Positions 30,024 through 39,104 of a DNA stretch of 64,000 nucleotides are shown one piece after another. The position numbers were made by a program, and so were the translations under genes. The stretch lies in assembly GCA_029547045.1 (NCBI GenBank), contig JAKPQL010000076.1:1442-65441 (forward strand), given 5' to 3'. Position 1 is the stretch's first letter. Every line of letters begins with the position of its first letter. This stretch comes from Deltaproteobacteria bacterium (GTDB taxonomy: Bacteria; Desulfobacterota; Desulfomonilia; UBA1062). A model generated the notes under the pieces. It had not been told where the DNA came from. It ran no database searches and worked only from the letters and a program-made list of their open reading frames with translations.

Positions 30024-31211
30024 ATGCAGGCCATGAATCCCGACAGGATCGCCATCATCGGGCCCGGGCGGCTGGGGACCGCCTTTGCCTACAAGTGGGG
30101 GCGTGACGGCAGGCAGATCACCATCTACTACCACGACGAGGCCCTGTGCCATGCCATCAACACCACCCGCCTGAACCCGAAGCACCTCACCGAAGACCTG
30201 GGAAGGATCTTCGGCGGCATGGACAAAGTGCCGAGGCTTTCCCCTCGGGTGCGGGCGACCAACGATCTGGACGAGATCGTCTCCGAACATGACTTCATCA
30301 TGCTCGCCATCAACATGAAGGGGCTTCCGGACTTCCTGGGCCACCTGAAGCCCCGCATCGCGAGGAAGAAACGCAGGACCTGTATCATCTCCCCCATCAA
30401 GAGCCTCGCCTCGGCGGGGCGGAAGAACGAGCTCATCACGCCGTCGCAGATGATCAACTCCCACTTCTTCGACCTCCAGCGATGCTACGACATCGTCTGC
30501 ATCGGCGGGCCCTTCTTCGACGTGGACCTTGCTGCGGGCCACCCGGTCTGCGTCGCCGTGGCCGGAAACGCTCAGGTCGCAGCAACGGTGAGGCGGGAGT
30601 TCTTCGCGCGGAACAGGGACGAGCTGAGCTCCTACTACAACTGCGACACCGTTGGCGTGGAGGCCTGCGGCGCACTCAAGAACATCGTGGCGAACATCAA
30701 GGGAATCGCGGACTGCTGCGGCCTGGGGAACTCGTTCCCCGGGACCATCTTCGCCCGGGCCGGCGTGGAGATGCGGGCCATATCGAAGATCCTCGGCGGC
30801 CACTTCCTCACCTTTCTCGGCCAGGCGGGCGTGGGAGACATGTACGTGACGCTGTCCTCGAACGCCAGCAAGAACTACCGGTACGGGAGGGATTTCTACG
30901 AGCACTACACCGGGAACACCATCGAGACCCACCGCAGGGTCGTAGCGGGCATCGACGGCACGCCCGAGGGTCCCGGAACCCTGAAGAACGTGTACCGGTA
31001 CCTGGAGGGCAAGAACATGTACAGCCCCATCTTCCGCAGCGCCTACAGGATATTCAACGAGGCCGGCACCAGGGAGGAGATCCGGGAGCAGATCATCCAT
31101 GCCTGCCAGTTCGACCGCAGGAGCAACGAGTACATCGGACCGTTCTCGGGCCTGGTCTACAACCTGTTTCCGCACTTCTGGTACCGGCGTCAGAAGGGGT
31201 GGCTGGGCTGA
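30024..31211 (+). CDS. divergent NAD(P)H-dependent glycerol-3-phosphate dehydrogenase (GpsA)-like oxidoreductase
   Basis: About 395 aa from ATG 30024 (RBS GGGGGAGG). Rossmann IAIIGPGRLGTAFA, plus GALKNIVANIKG and GQAGVGDMYVTLSS, which parallel the GpsA motifs. It has a longer C-terminal tail. Confidence 0.7.
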   Translation: MQAMNPDRIAIIGPGRLGTAFAYKWGRDGRQITIYYHDEALCHAINTTRLNPKHLTEDLGRIFGGMDKVPRLSPRVRATNDLDEIVSEHDFIMLAINMKGLPDFLGHLKPRIARKKRRTCIISPIKSLASAGRKNELITPSQMINSHFFDLQRCYDIVCIGGPFFDVDLAAGHPVCVAVAGNAQVAATVRREFFARNRDELSSYYNCDTVGVEACGALKNIVANIKGIADCCGLGNSFPGTIFARAGVEMRAISKILGGHFLTFLGQAGVGDMYVTLSSNASKNYRYGRDFYEHYTGNTIETHRRVVAGIDGTPEGPGTLKNVYRYLEGKNMYSPIFRSAYRIFNEAGTREEIREQIIHACQFDRRSNEYIGPFSGLVYNLFPHFWYRRQKGWLG

Positions 31212-31271
31212 GCGGAGATGCAGGAATACGGCGCTCCCCCTGGCGTATGATCTGCCGGGCCAGGCACATCG

Positions 31272-31472
31272 TCATCCACACCGTGTCAGGTCGAGGAGCA
31301 GGGATCCGGCTTGTTCGCGAACACGTACGCCCTCTGGCTTGCATACTCTGTAGAATCTGCTCAGGATCTCACGGTCCCTGGGCTTCTTTTCGTGTTCACC
31401 GGTGAAGGCTGCAGCGTATTCTGCTGGAATGTCGTCGTATGTGCCCACGATATTTTGCAGGTCCTGTTCCAT
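31272..31472 (-). pseudogene. possible remnant of a class I SAM-dependent methyltransferase (N-terminal fragment)
   Basis: MEQDLQNIVGTYDDIPAEYAAAFTGEHEKKPRDREILSRFY...LLLDLTRCG* resembles a methyltransferase N-terminus, with the stop inside motif I. A shifted frame continues ARQIIRQGERRIPASPLSPA (compare ARxLAxRGxxVxGxDLSPxM). It then runs into the antisense of the gpsA-like 3' end. Confidence 0.3.
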
Positions 31473-31552
31473 TCGTGCCGGCCTGGATACGCGGTAAGAG
31501 CCCTCTGTCCGTAGCCTGCCGTTCCCGGGGAGAACCCTCTCCGTGTCCCGAG

Positions 31553-32776
31553 CTAGAACAGGAAGATCGGGTACGTGTCCGGGTTCTTGCCGAAGCACGT
31601 GACGTCGTCGATCTTCTCGATCCTGGCGCCCTTGAGCAGTGCGTAGAGCGACCGCTCCACGCCGATGCCAGCGCCCATGGTCTCGGGGAAGTAGGGTCTG
31701 CCCTGCTCGTCCTTCATGTGCACCGCGGTGAGGAACGGCCCGTAGCCGTCCAGGCTGGCGATGTTCTCCAGCATGCCGCCCTCGAAGCGCGGGGCCTCGG
31801 GGAGAATCCTGTTGTCGATGAGGCGGTAGATGATGGGCTCGTAGAGCCATTCCCGGATGGCACCGGACAGGATCTCCAGGGCAGGGGTGAATTTAGCGGT
31901 CTGACGGATGATTGACTTGGCGCAGATGTCGTAGTTGTAGATCATGTCCGAGGTGAACGACGATATGGGGATCCTCGTGCCGTCGGGCTTCACGTAGGGA
32001 TAGATGAGGTCGTAGTTCTCCCGCATGAGGCCCGTGACCCAGAAGAACTGGCCCTTGACGTCCTCACCGGCCTTGGCGTCCAGGTCCACCTTGCCGTGCT
32101 TCCTCAGGGCCTCGTCGTGCCGAACCCTCGGGAAGGGCTGCTTCGGCACCTCCAGCGCCACGCCCAGATCCCTGAGGTTGTCTTCGTTCTTCTCCACGAT
32201 GGACGCCGTGGCCGCGATGATCATACGCTCGAAGAAGTCGATGATCTTCTCGTAGTCCTCCTTCAGTACTGCCTTCACCTTTTCGGGCTCTTTCAGGTAC
32301 TGCCCGTAGTCTATGCCGCGGTTCCTCCGGAGCTCCACGTCGATCTGGGAGAAGTCGATGAGGTACTTGCCCCGCTGCTTGCGCTGGGGGCTCTCGATCT
32401 CCAGGCGGATGTTGGGCGAGTCTATGAAGATGCCCTTGATCTTGGGGTTGAAGCAGGCCAGGAACTTCATATAGATCATGGAGTGGGTCGCCACGTAGGG
32501 CATGCCCTTGTAGTGGATGGTCGGCACGTGCTCCACGTCGTGGGCCAGGGGGTCGGTCACCGGGCTCATCTCCACGCGTTCCAGGTTCAGCAGGCCTTCA
32601 TTCACGAGGAAGTTGTTGATGGCGGTCACGAAGGTGGTGCGGATGCTCATGGCATTGTATATGTCGTCGTTCACCCACTTGTTCACATAGTTGTCGCGCA
32701 CGAACTCCTCGAAGGTGGAACCGGACTGACCGATGGTGGCCTGGAAATGGAACAGGTCTTCGCCGATGAAACCCAT
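31553..32776 (-). CDS. stand-alone class IIb aminoacyl-tRNA synthetase catalytic-core paralog (AsnA/archaeal asparagine synthetase A-like)
   Basis: 407 aa from ATG 32776 (RBS GAGGAGG). Motif-2-like SPNIRLE...KYLIDFSQIDVEL, EILSGAIRE, and motif 3 GAGIGVERSL. There is no anticodon-binding domain. Confidence 0.7.
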   Translation of the reverse strand: MGFIGEDLFHFQATIGQSGSTFEEFVRDNYVNKWVNDDIYNAMSIRTTFVTAINNFLVNEGLLNLERVEMSPVTDPLAHDVEHVPTIHYKGMPYVATHSMIYMKFLACFNPKIKGIFIDSPNIRLEIESPQRKQRGKYLIDFSQIDVELRRNRGIDYGQYLKEPEKVKAVLKEDYEKIIDFFERMIIAATASIVEKNEDNLRDLGVALEVPKQPFPRVRHDEALRKHGKVDLDAKAGEDVKGQFFWVTGLMRENYDLIYPYVKPDGTRIPISSFTSDMIYNYDICAKSIIRQTAKFTPALEILSGAIREWLYEPIIYRLIDNRILPEAPRFEGGMLENIASLDGYGPFLTAVHMKDEQGRPYFPETMGAGIGVERSLYALLKGARIEKIDDVTCFGKNPDTYPIFLF

Positions 32777-32892
32777 TGTGTTACCTCCTCGCGTATTGTT
32801 GCCCGTACAGGGCATTTCCGTGAATGTCCGATTATCAGCAAACCTTATGCCACGGAGGAGCCGTTGATTGCAAGGACGGGCACGCACCCGCT

Positions 32893-34290
32893 TCAGATGC
32901 AGTACTTGTCGAAGGCGGCGGGGACCGGGGTGCGGTACTCGCCGCTGAAGCAGGCGGTGCAGTAGTCCTGCGGGTTGTCCACGGTGCTGAGCATGCCCTC
33001 GATGGTGAGGTAGCCCAGGGAATCCGCGCCCAGGTAGGCCCGTATCTCCTCGATGGATTTCTCGCTGGCGATGAGTTCAGAGTGCCTGGAGATGTCGATG
33101 CCGTAGTAGCAGGGGTGCTTGATGGGGGGCGAGCTGATGCGGACGTGCACCTCGCGGGCGCCCTTGTCGCGGAGGATCTGCACGATCTGGCGCATGGTGG
33201 TGCCCCTCACGATGGAGTCGTCCACGAGGACCACACGGCGATCGTCCAGCACGCCGGTCACGGGGTTGAGCTTCACCTTGACGTCCAGCTTTCGTTTGTC
33301 CTGGTGGGGCGCGATGAAGGTGCGGCCCACGTAGTGATTCCTGATGAGCCCGATCTCGTAGCGCAGGCCCGAGACCCGCGCATACCCCAGGGCCGCGGTG
33401 TTGCCCGAGTCGGGCACGGCGATGACGATGTCGGCTTCCGCGGGCGAATCCTCGGCGAGCCTCTTGCCGAGCCTCCTGCGGATCTTGTCCACCTTTTCCG
33501 AGAAGATGAGGCTGTCGGGCCTGGAGAAGTAGATGTGCTCGAAGATGCACAGGCTCTTCTGTGGCGCCTCGGGAAGCCTGCTCGACCTCAGGCCGCTCCT
33601 GTCGACGATGATGACTTCGCCGGGCTCCACGGACCTGACATACTCGGCGCCCATGATGTCGAAGGCGCAGGACTCGGACGCCACCAGCCAGGCATCGCCG
33701 TGTCTGCCGAGATTCAGCGGCCTGAAGCCCTGCGGGTCTCGGGCAGCGATGAGCATGTCCCTGGTGAGGAACACGAAGCAGTAGGCGCCCACGAGCTGCT
33801 TCAGGGCATCCATGACCGCTTCCGTCACGTCGGTCTTCCGGGAGCGTGCGACGAGGTGCAGCACGATCTCGCTGTCGGAGGTGGTCTGGAAGATGGACCC
33901 GGTGTCCTGCATCTCCCTCCTGAGCTGGGAGGCATTGGTGATGGTCCCGTTGTGAGCCACCGCTATGGTGCCGGTCCTGCACTCTATGACAATGGGCTGG
34001 GCATTGACCAGGGTGGAGCCTCCCCGGGTGGAGTAGCGGTTGTGGCCGATGGCCGCGTGTCCCTTGAGCCTGGGCATGACGGCAGGGTCGGCAAAGACCG
34101 ACCACACGAGCCCCATGCCCCTGTGGTGCTCCACGCAGGCGCCGTCCGTGGCGGCGATGCCGGCGCTCTCCTGCCCCCTGTGCTGGAGGGCGTAGAGCCC
34201 GAGGTATGTCTGCTCTGCGGCCCGGGGGTCGCCGTAGATGCCCACAATGCCGCATTCCTCGCGCCAATGGTCGTCAAGATGATCATCCAT
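32893..34290 (-). CDS. purF: amidophosphoribosyltransferase (with short propeptide)
   Basis: 465 aa. MDDHLDDHWREE-CGIVGIYG (nucleophile Cys after a 12-residue leader), HRGQESAGIA, and the PRTase loop VVLVDDSIVRGTT. Confidence 0.93.
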   Translation of the reverse strand: MDDHLDDHWREECGIVGIYGDPRAAEQTYLGLYALQHRGQESAGIAATDGACVEHHRGMGLVWSVFADPAVMPRLKGHAAIGHNRYSTRGGSTLVNAQPIVIECRTGTIAVAHNGTITNASQLRREMQDTGSIFQTTSDSEIVLHLVARSRKTDVTEAVMDALKQLVGAYCFVFLTRDMLIAARDPQGFRPLNLGRHGDAWLVASESCAFDIMGAEYVRSVEPGEVIIVDRSGLRSSRLPEAPQKSLCIFEHIYFSRPDSLIFSEKVDKIRRRLGKRLAEDSPAEADIVIAVPDSGNTAALGYARVSGLRYEIGLIRNHYVGRTFIAPHQDKRKLDVKVKLNPVTGVLDDRRVVLVDDSIVRGTTMRQIVQILRDKGAREVHVRISSPPIKHPCYYGIDISRHSELIASEKSIEEIRAYLGADSLGYLTIEGMLSTVDNPQDYCTACFSGEYRTPVPAAFDKYCI

Positions 34291-34451
34291 GCCCAGGTAC
34301 TGTGCAAGCCAGGGGCCAGTCCTGTTTCAGAACTGCGACCTCGTGGAGCCGCAGGGTTTCACGATGCATGGCCCATGGTACGTCCGGGTCGAGGGACATT
34401 TTCGTCCATTCATGCGCTTTTGGCTCAATATTGTTTCAACGAACACCTGCA

Positions 34452-36119
34452 CTACTTGTAGCTGTCCTTGTGCACGTCCTTAACGGCCCTGCCGGAGGGG
34501 TCGATCATCTTCGCGAACGCCTCGTCCCACTTGATGGCAGTGGGCGTGGAGCAGGCCACGGACGGCCCCTCGGGCACGCAGCGGGCCGCGCTGTCAAGGG
34601 GGAAGAACTCCTGGAAGATGGCGCGGTAGTTGTACGCCTCCTTGGTGACGGGCGTGTTGATGGGGAACCGGAACCGGGCGTTCGCCATGTGGGTGTCGCT
34701 CACCTCGCGTTCAGCCACCTCCCGCAGGGCGTCGATCCAGCCGTAGCCCACTCCGTCGGAGAACTGCTCCTTCTGGCGCCAGGCCACCTCTGCAGGCAGG
34801 TAGTCCTCAAAGGCCTTTCTCAGGATGTGTTTCTCCATCCTGCCGCCCGTGCACATCTTGTCCGCAGGGTTCAGGCGCATGGCAGTGTCCAGGAATTCCT
34901 TGTCCAGGAACGGTACGCGACCCTCCACGCCCCATGCGGCGAGCGACTTGTTGGCGCGGAGGCAGTCGTATTTGCTCAGCATGGAGAGCTTCCGCACGGT
35001 CTCCTCGTGGAACTCCCTGGCATCGGGCGCCTTGTGGAAGTAGAGGTATCCACCGAAGATCTCGTCCGCCCCCTCTCCGGAGAGCACCATTTTGACCCCC
35101 ATGGACTTGATCTTGCGCGCCATGAGGTACATGGGCGTGGAGGCGCGGATGGTGGTCACGTCATAGGTCTCGATGTGGTGGATCACGTCCCTGAGCGCGT
35201 CGAGACCCTCCTGGATGGTGAAGGTGAAGTTGTGGTGGATGGAACCGATGTGGTCCGCCACCTTCTGTGCCGCGGCCAGGTCAGGGGAGCCCTCAAGACC
35301 GATGGCGAACGAGTGCAGCTGGGGCCACCATGCGTCTTTCAGGCCGCCGGTCTCGATGCGCTTGGCCGAGAACTTCCTGGCTATGGCCGAGATGATAGAA
35401 CTGTCCAGCCCCCCCGAGAGCAGCACTCCGTAGGGCACGTCGCTCATGAGCTGGCGCTCCACCGCATCCTCCAGGGCATGCCTGAGGTCCCTGATGCAGC
35501 TCGCGTTGTCCTTCACGGCGTCGTACTCCATCCAGTCACGCACATAGTATCGCCGGGCAGCGCCCTCGGTGCTCAGGAGCAGGTGGCCGGGGGGGAACTC
35601 CTCCACATGGTTGCACACCCCCATGAGGGCCTTCATCTCGGACGCCACGTAGAAGTTGCCGTGCTCGTCGTGTCCCGTGTACAGGGGACAGATGCCTATG
35701 TGGTCGCGTCCGACGAGGTAGAGGTCCTTGTCGCTGTCGTACAGGGCAAAGGCGAAGATGCCGTTCAGGTCCTCGAGGAAATCCGGACCCTTCTGGCGGT
35801 ACAGGGCCAGGATGATCTCACAGTCGGACTCGGTGAGAAAGTGATAGGGCTCGGCAAGGCCCTTCCTGAGCTCCTGATGGTTGTAGATCTCGCCGTTGAC
35901 CGCCAGTGCGACCTTGCCGTCGCCGGTGTAGAGCGGCTGGGCCCCGGAGTTCAGCCCCACGATGGAGAGCCGCTCGTGGGCGAGGATGGCACGGTCGTGC
36001 ACATAGATGCCGCTCCAGTCGGGCCCCCTGTGGCGCTGGGTGCGGCTCATGACCAGGGCCTGGGCGCGGAGCTCCTTGATGTCCGTCTTGATGTCGAAGA
36101 TGCCGAGTATGGAGCACAT
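34452..36119 (-). CDS. asnB: asparagine synthase (glutamine-hydrolysing)
   Basis: ATG 36119 gives M-CSILGIFD (Ntn Cys2) with RBS GGGGGAG. PP-loop SGGLDSS. About 555 aa. Confidence 0.92.
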   Translation of the reverse strand: MCSILGIFDIKTDIKELRAQALVMSRTQRHRGPDWSGIYVHDRAILAHERLSIVGLNSGAQPLYTGDGKVALAVNGEIYNHQELRKGLAEPYHFLTESDCEIILALYRQKGPDFLEDLNGIFAFALYDSDKDLYLVGRDHIGICPLYTGHDEHGNFYVASEMKALMGVCNHVEEFPPGHLLLSTEGAARRYYVRDWMEYDAVKDNASCIRDLRHALEDAVERQLMSDVPYGVLLSGGLDSSIISAIARKFSAKRIETGGLKDAWWPQLHSFAIGLEGSPDLAAAQKVADHIGSIHHNFTFTIQEGLDALRDVIHHIETYDVTTIRASTPMYLMARKIKSMGVKMVLSGEGADEIFGGYLYFHKAPDAREFHEETVRKLSMLSKYDCLRANKSLAAWGVEGRVPFLDKEFLDTAMRLNPADKMCTGGRMEKHILRKAFEDYLPAEVAWRQKEQFSDGVGYGWIDALREVAEREVSDTHMANARFRFPINTPVTKEAYNYRAIFQEFFPLDSAARCVPEGPSVACSTPTAIKWDEAFAKMIDPSGRAVKDVHKDSYK

Positions 36120-36159
36120 GGTCTCCCCCTTCAAGCTTCATTGTTTCAGGGAGACGACT

Positions 36160-36174
36160 GCAATTGCCCTGCCA
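36160..36174 (-). promoter_or_regulatory. sigma-54 (-24/-12) promoter of asnB-purF-(aaRS-like) operon
   Basis: The minus strand reads TGGCAGGGCAATTGC (TGGCA-N6-TTGC, correct spacing). It lies about 40 nt upstream of ATG 36119. Confidence 0.7.
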
Positions 36175-36281
36175 ATCCGATCCGGATGGACCGGGTTTGC
36201 ATACCTTTCAGTACAGGGTAACCAGCACGCGGGACAGGCTGCCTGCTTTGAGACCGTCCGAACGGTATTCTCTCGACACCC

Positions 36282-36596
36282 TCAATCACAGGTTGATCCT
36301 GTTGGAAGAAACAACTCGGGCACCCGGCACTGCTTCACCTCGATCTCCTGCCAGACCTTGCCGCACATGTACGGTTCATCCGCGAGGTACTGGTCGAACT
36401 CCTCCCGCGACCCGAAACTCATGATCAGGACAGACCCTCTCATCGTACCGTCCTCATCGATGAGCGCGGCCCCGTACAGCGCCTTGCCCTCGGCCTTGAG
36501 CCTGGTGATGGATGCGAGGTGCCGCTCACGGCTGGCGAGCCTGCGCTCCAGGGCCTTTTCGTCGGTGCCGTCTCGGGCGATGAGGAGAAAATGCAT
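36282..36596 (-). CDS. YciI-like (YCII domain) protein
   Basis: 104 aa from ATG 36596 (RBS GGAGGA). MHFLLIARDG...RERHLASITRLKAEGKALYGAAL...SREEFDQYLADEPY fits the YCII pattern. Confidence 0.6.
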   Translation of the reverse strand: MHFLLIARDGTDEKALERRLASRERHLASITRLKAEGKALYGAALIDEDGTMRGSVLIMSFGSREEFDQYLADEPYMCGKVWQEIEVKQCRVPELFLPTGSTCD

Positions 36597-36674
36597 GACA
36601 GTCCTCCGTGCGATTGGTTTCGTGCAACAATACCATCTGACCATTCTTATGAACAGGGCCGGAATACATCCTTC

Positions 36675-36688
36675 TTGACTCAGGTCAA
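36675..36688. promoter_or_regulatory. CRP/FNR-type palindrome upstream of hcp (candidate HcpR/FNR-like operator)
   Basis: TTGACTCAGGTCAA is a perfect TTGAC-N4-GTCAA, centred about 70 nt upstream of the hcp ATG. Confidence 0.55.
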
Positions 36689-36750
36689 GTACTTCCTATC
36701 TTTTCTCCGGTATCCCTCTCTCATACCAAAAGCCAAGGAGGAAAAACGAC

Positions 36751-38382
36751 ATGTTCTGTTTTCAGTGCCAGGAAACGGCGAAGAACCAGGGGTGCACGGT
36801 GAGGGGCGTATGCGGCAAGAGCGAGGAGACAGCGAACCTCATGGACCTGCTCATCCACGTGCTCAAGGGGGTCTCCCTGTACGGTGAGGCGGTCATGGCC
36901 AGAGGATCCATCGACCACTCCCACGGCAGGTACCTCACGGACGCCCTGTTTGCTACCCTGACCAACACGAACTTCGATACTGCACGGATCGTTGCGTACA
37001 TCAACGAGGGGTTCACGCTCCGCGACGAACTCAGGGCAAAAGCCGGGGATGCCGCCAGGACCATCACCCATGACAGCGCCCTCTGGAAGGGTTCCGAGGC
37101 AGACTTCGCCGCCAAGGCTAAGGAGGTGGGCGTGCTTGCCACTGCGCACGAGGATATCCGCTCGCTCCGCGAGCTCCTCGTCTACGGCCTCAAGGGGATC
37201 GCGGCCTATGCCCACCACGCCATGGTTCTGGGCTACGAGGATGAGGACATCTACCGCTTCGTGGTGGAAGGCCTGGCTGCCACCACCAAGGACAAGACCG
37301 CGGACGAGCTCGTGGGTCTGGTCATGAGGGCCGGCGAGACCGCGGTGAAAACCATGGCCCTGCTGGACAAGGCCAACACCACCACCTACGGCAGCCCTCA
37401 GGTAACCAGGGTGAACATCGGGGTCAGGACCAACCCGGGCATCCTCATCTCGGGCCACGACCTCAAGGACCTCGAGGAACTTCTCGAGCAGACAAAGGGC
37501 ACCGGCGTGGACGTGTACACCCACGGCGAGATGCTGCCCGCCCACTACTACCCCTTTTTCAGGAAGTACGACAATCTCGTGGGCAACTACGGCGGCTCGT
37601 GGTGGCACCAGCGTGAGGAGTTCGAGGCCTTCGGCGGACCCATCCTCATGACCACCAACTGTATCGTGCCCGTGAAGGAGACTTACGCGAACCGCATCTT
37701 CACCACCGGCACCACGGGCTATCCCGGAGTGCAGCACATTCCCGGCAGATCCAGGGGCACGGCGAAAGACTTCACCGCCATCGTCAAGCTCGCCAAAACC
37801 TGCCCGCCGCCCAGACAGCTGGAGACCGGGCAGATCGTGGGCGGATTCGGCCACGGCCAGGTCCTGGCCCTGGCGGATAAGGTGGTGGATGCGGTGAAGT
37901 CGGGCGCCATCAAGCGCTTCGTGGTCATGGCCGGATGCGACGGCCGCCACAAGGAACGGGACTACTTCACCAGGGTGGCCGAGCAGCTGCCCGCCGACAC
38001 GGTCATCCTCACCGCCGGCTGCGCGAAATACCGCTACAACAAGCTGAATCTCGGTGACATCGGCGGCATCCCGAGGGTTCTGGACGCGGGTCAGTGCAAC
38101 GACTCTTACTCTCTGGCCGTCATCGCGCTCAAGCTCAAGGAGGTCTTCGGGCTGGACGACATCAACAAGCTGCCCATCTCGTTCGACATCGCCTGGTACG
38201 AGCAGAAGGCTGTGGCCGTGCTGCTCGCCCTGCTCTCCCTGGGCGTCAAGGGCATCCGGCTCGGTCCCACGCTCCCGGGCTTTCTCTCGCCGAACGTGGC
38301 CAATGTGCTGGTGGAGAAGTTCAACATCAGGCCCGTCTCCACTCCCGAAACGGACATCCCGGCCATTATGACGGGGAATTAG
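36751..38382 (+). CDS. hcp: hybrid-cluster protein / hydroxylamine reductase
   Basis: 543 aa. N-terminal Cys cluster [23 protein letters not shown]. Hcp-like along its full length. Confidence 0.93.
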   Translation: MFCFQCQETAKNQGCTVRGVCGKSEETANLMDLLIHVLKGVSLYGEAVMARGSIDHSHGRYLTDALFATLTNTNFDTARIVAYINEGFTLRDELRAKAGDAARTITHDSALWKGSEADFAAKAKEVGVLATAHEDIRSLRELLVYGLKGIAAYAHHAMVLGYEDEDIYRFVVEGLAATTKDKTADELVGLVMRAGETAVKTMALLDKANTTTYGSPQVTRVNIGVRTNPGILISGHDLKDLEELLEQTKGTGVDVYTHGEMLPAHYYPFFRKYDNLVGNYGGSWWHQREEFEAFGGPILMTTNCIVPVKETYANRIFTTGTTGYPGVQHIPGRSRGTAKDFTAIVKLAKTCPPPRQLETGQIVGGFGHGQVLALADKVVDAVKSGAIKRFVVMAGCDGRHKERDYFTRVAEQLPADTVILTAGCAKYRYNKLNLGDIGGIPRVLDAGQCNDSYSLAVIALKLKEVFGLDDINKLPISFDIAWYEQKAVAVLLALLSLGVKGIRLGPTLPGFLSPNVANVLVEKFNIRPVSTPETDIPAIMTGN

Positions 38383-38392
38383 CGCAAACCAG

Positions 38393-38430
38393 GGGGAGGG
38401 GAGCCCGAAACGCCCCCTCCCCTCTCTTTT
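38393..38430 (+). terminator. intrinsic terminator after hcp
   Basis: Stem GGGGAGGGG / CCCCTCCCC (9 bp, 12-nt loop) followed by TCTCTTTTCC. Confidence 0.6.
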
Positions 38431-38526
38431 CCGGCAACAAAGAACCTTGACCCGGTGTGCACGGCCTGCTACCACTCAGTCCACCGACATCAGGAACACC
38501 TCACAATCCAAGAAGGGAGAACCGTC

Positions 38527-39063
38527 ATGAAAAAGGTATTGGTACTCACTGCCCTGTGCTGCATGCTCCTCACCGCGGGCCCCGTCCTTGCGGCCAGACC
38601 CCTGTATCTGGGCATCCAGCTCGGTCCGGAGTTCATCACCGACGACGACAGTGGCCTCGACGATGCAGTGGCCTTCGGGGTCTACGGTGGGTACCGCCTC
38701 GACGAACTGCTGAGCCTGGAGATGTCTCTTACCAGCGCGAGCCACGACGCTGACCGCCGCAGCGACGTTGAACTCGACAACACGGCCCTGCTCTTCGGGC
38801 CCCGCCTGAACGCCAGCGTGGGCCGTGGCGCCTCCCTGTATGCCGGGGCCGGGCTCGGCGTGTATTTCTTCGAACTGGACACACCGGTGGGGGACGACGA
38901 CGAGACAGAGACCGGACTCTACCTGGGTGCGGGCATGGAATTTCCCCTCCAGAGCAACGTGAAGCTGGGGCTGGACTTCAAATATCACGCCATGTTCGAC
39001 AGCGACGATTCCATCGACTCGGACCTTCTCACCCTGCTGTTCCGGGTGGGGTTCGACATCTAG
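38527..39063 (+). CDS. small outer-membrane beta-barrel protein (OmpW/OmpA-beta-barrel-like)
   Basis: 178 aa from ATG 38527. Signal peptide MKKVLVLTALCCMLLTAGPVLA, and an alternating Gly/aromatic beta-strand pattern (LYAGAGLGVYFFE, LYLGAGMEF, LGLDFKYHAMF). Confidence 0.55.
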   Translation: MKKVLVLTALCCMLLTAGPVLAARPLYLGIQLGPEFITDDDSGLDDAVAFGVYGGYRLDELLSLEMSLTSASHDADRRSDVELDNTALLFGPRLNASVGRGASLYAGAGLGVYFFELDTPVGDDDETETGLYLGAGMEFPLQSNVKLGLDFKYHAMFDSDDSIDSDLLTLLFRVGFDI

Positions 39064-39104
39064 GCGCTTCCGGCGGTGTCCGGCCCGGTGCCGGACGCCC
39101 CGTT

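Noticed and set aside
34206-36221. 671-aa plus-strand ORF
   Set aside because: It is antisense to asnB and the purF 5' end, i.e. a shadow ORF.
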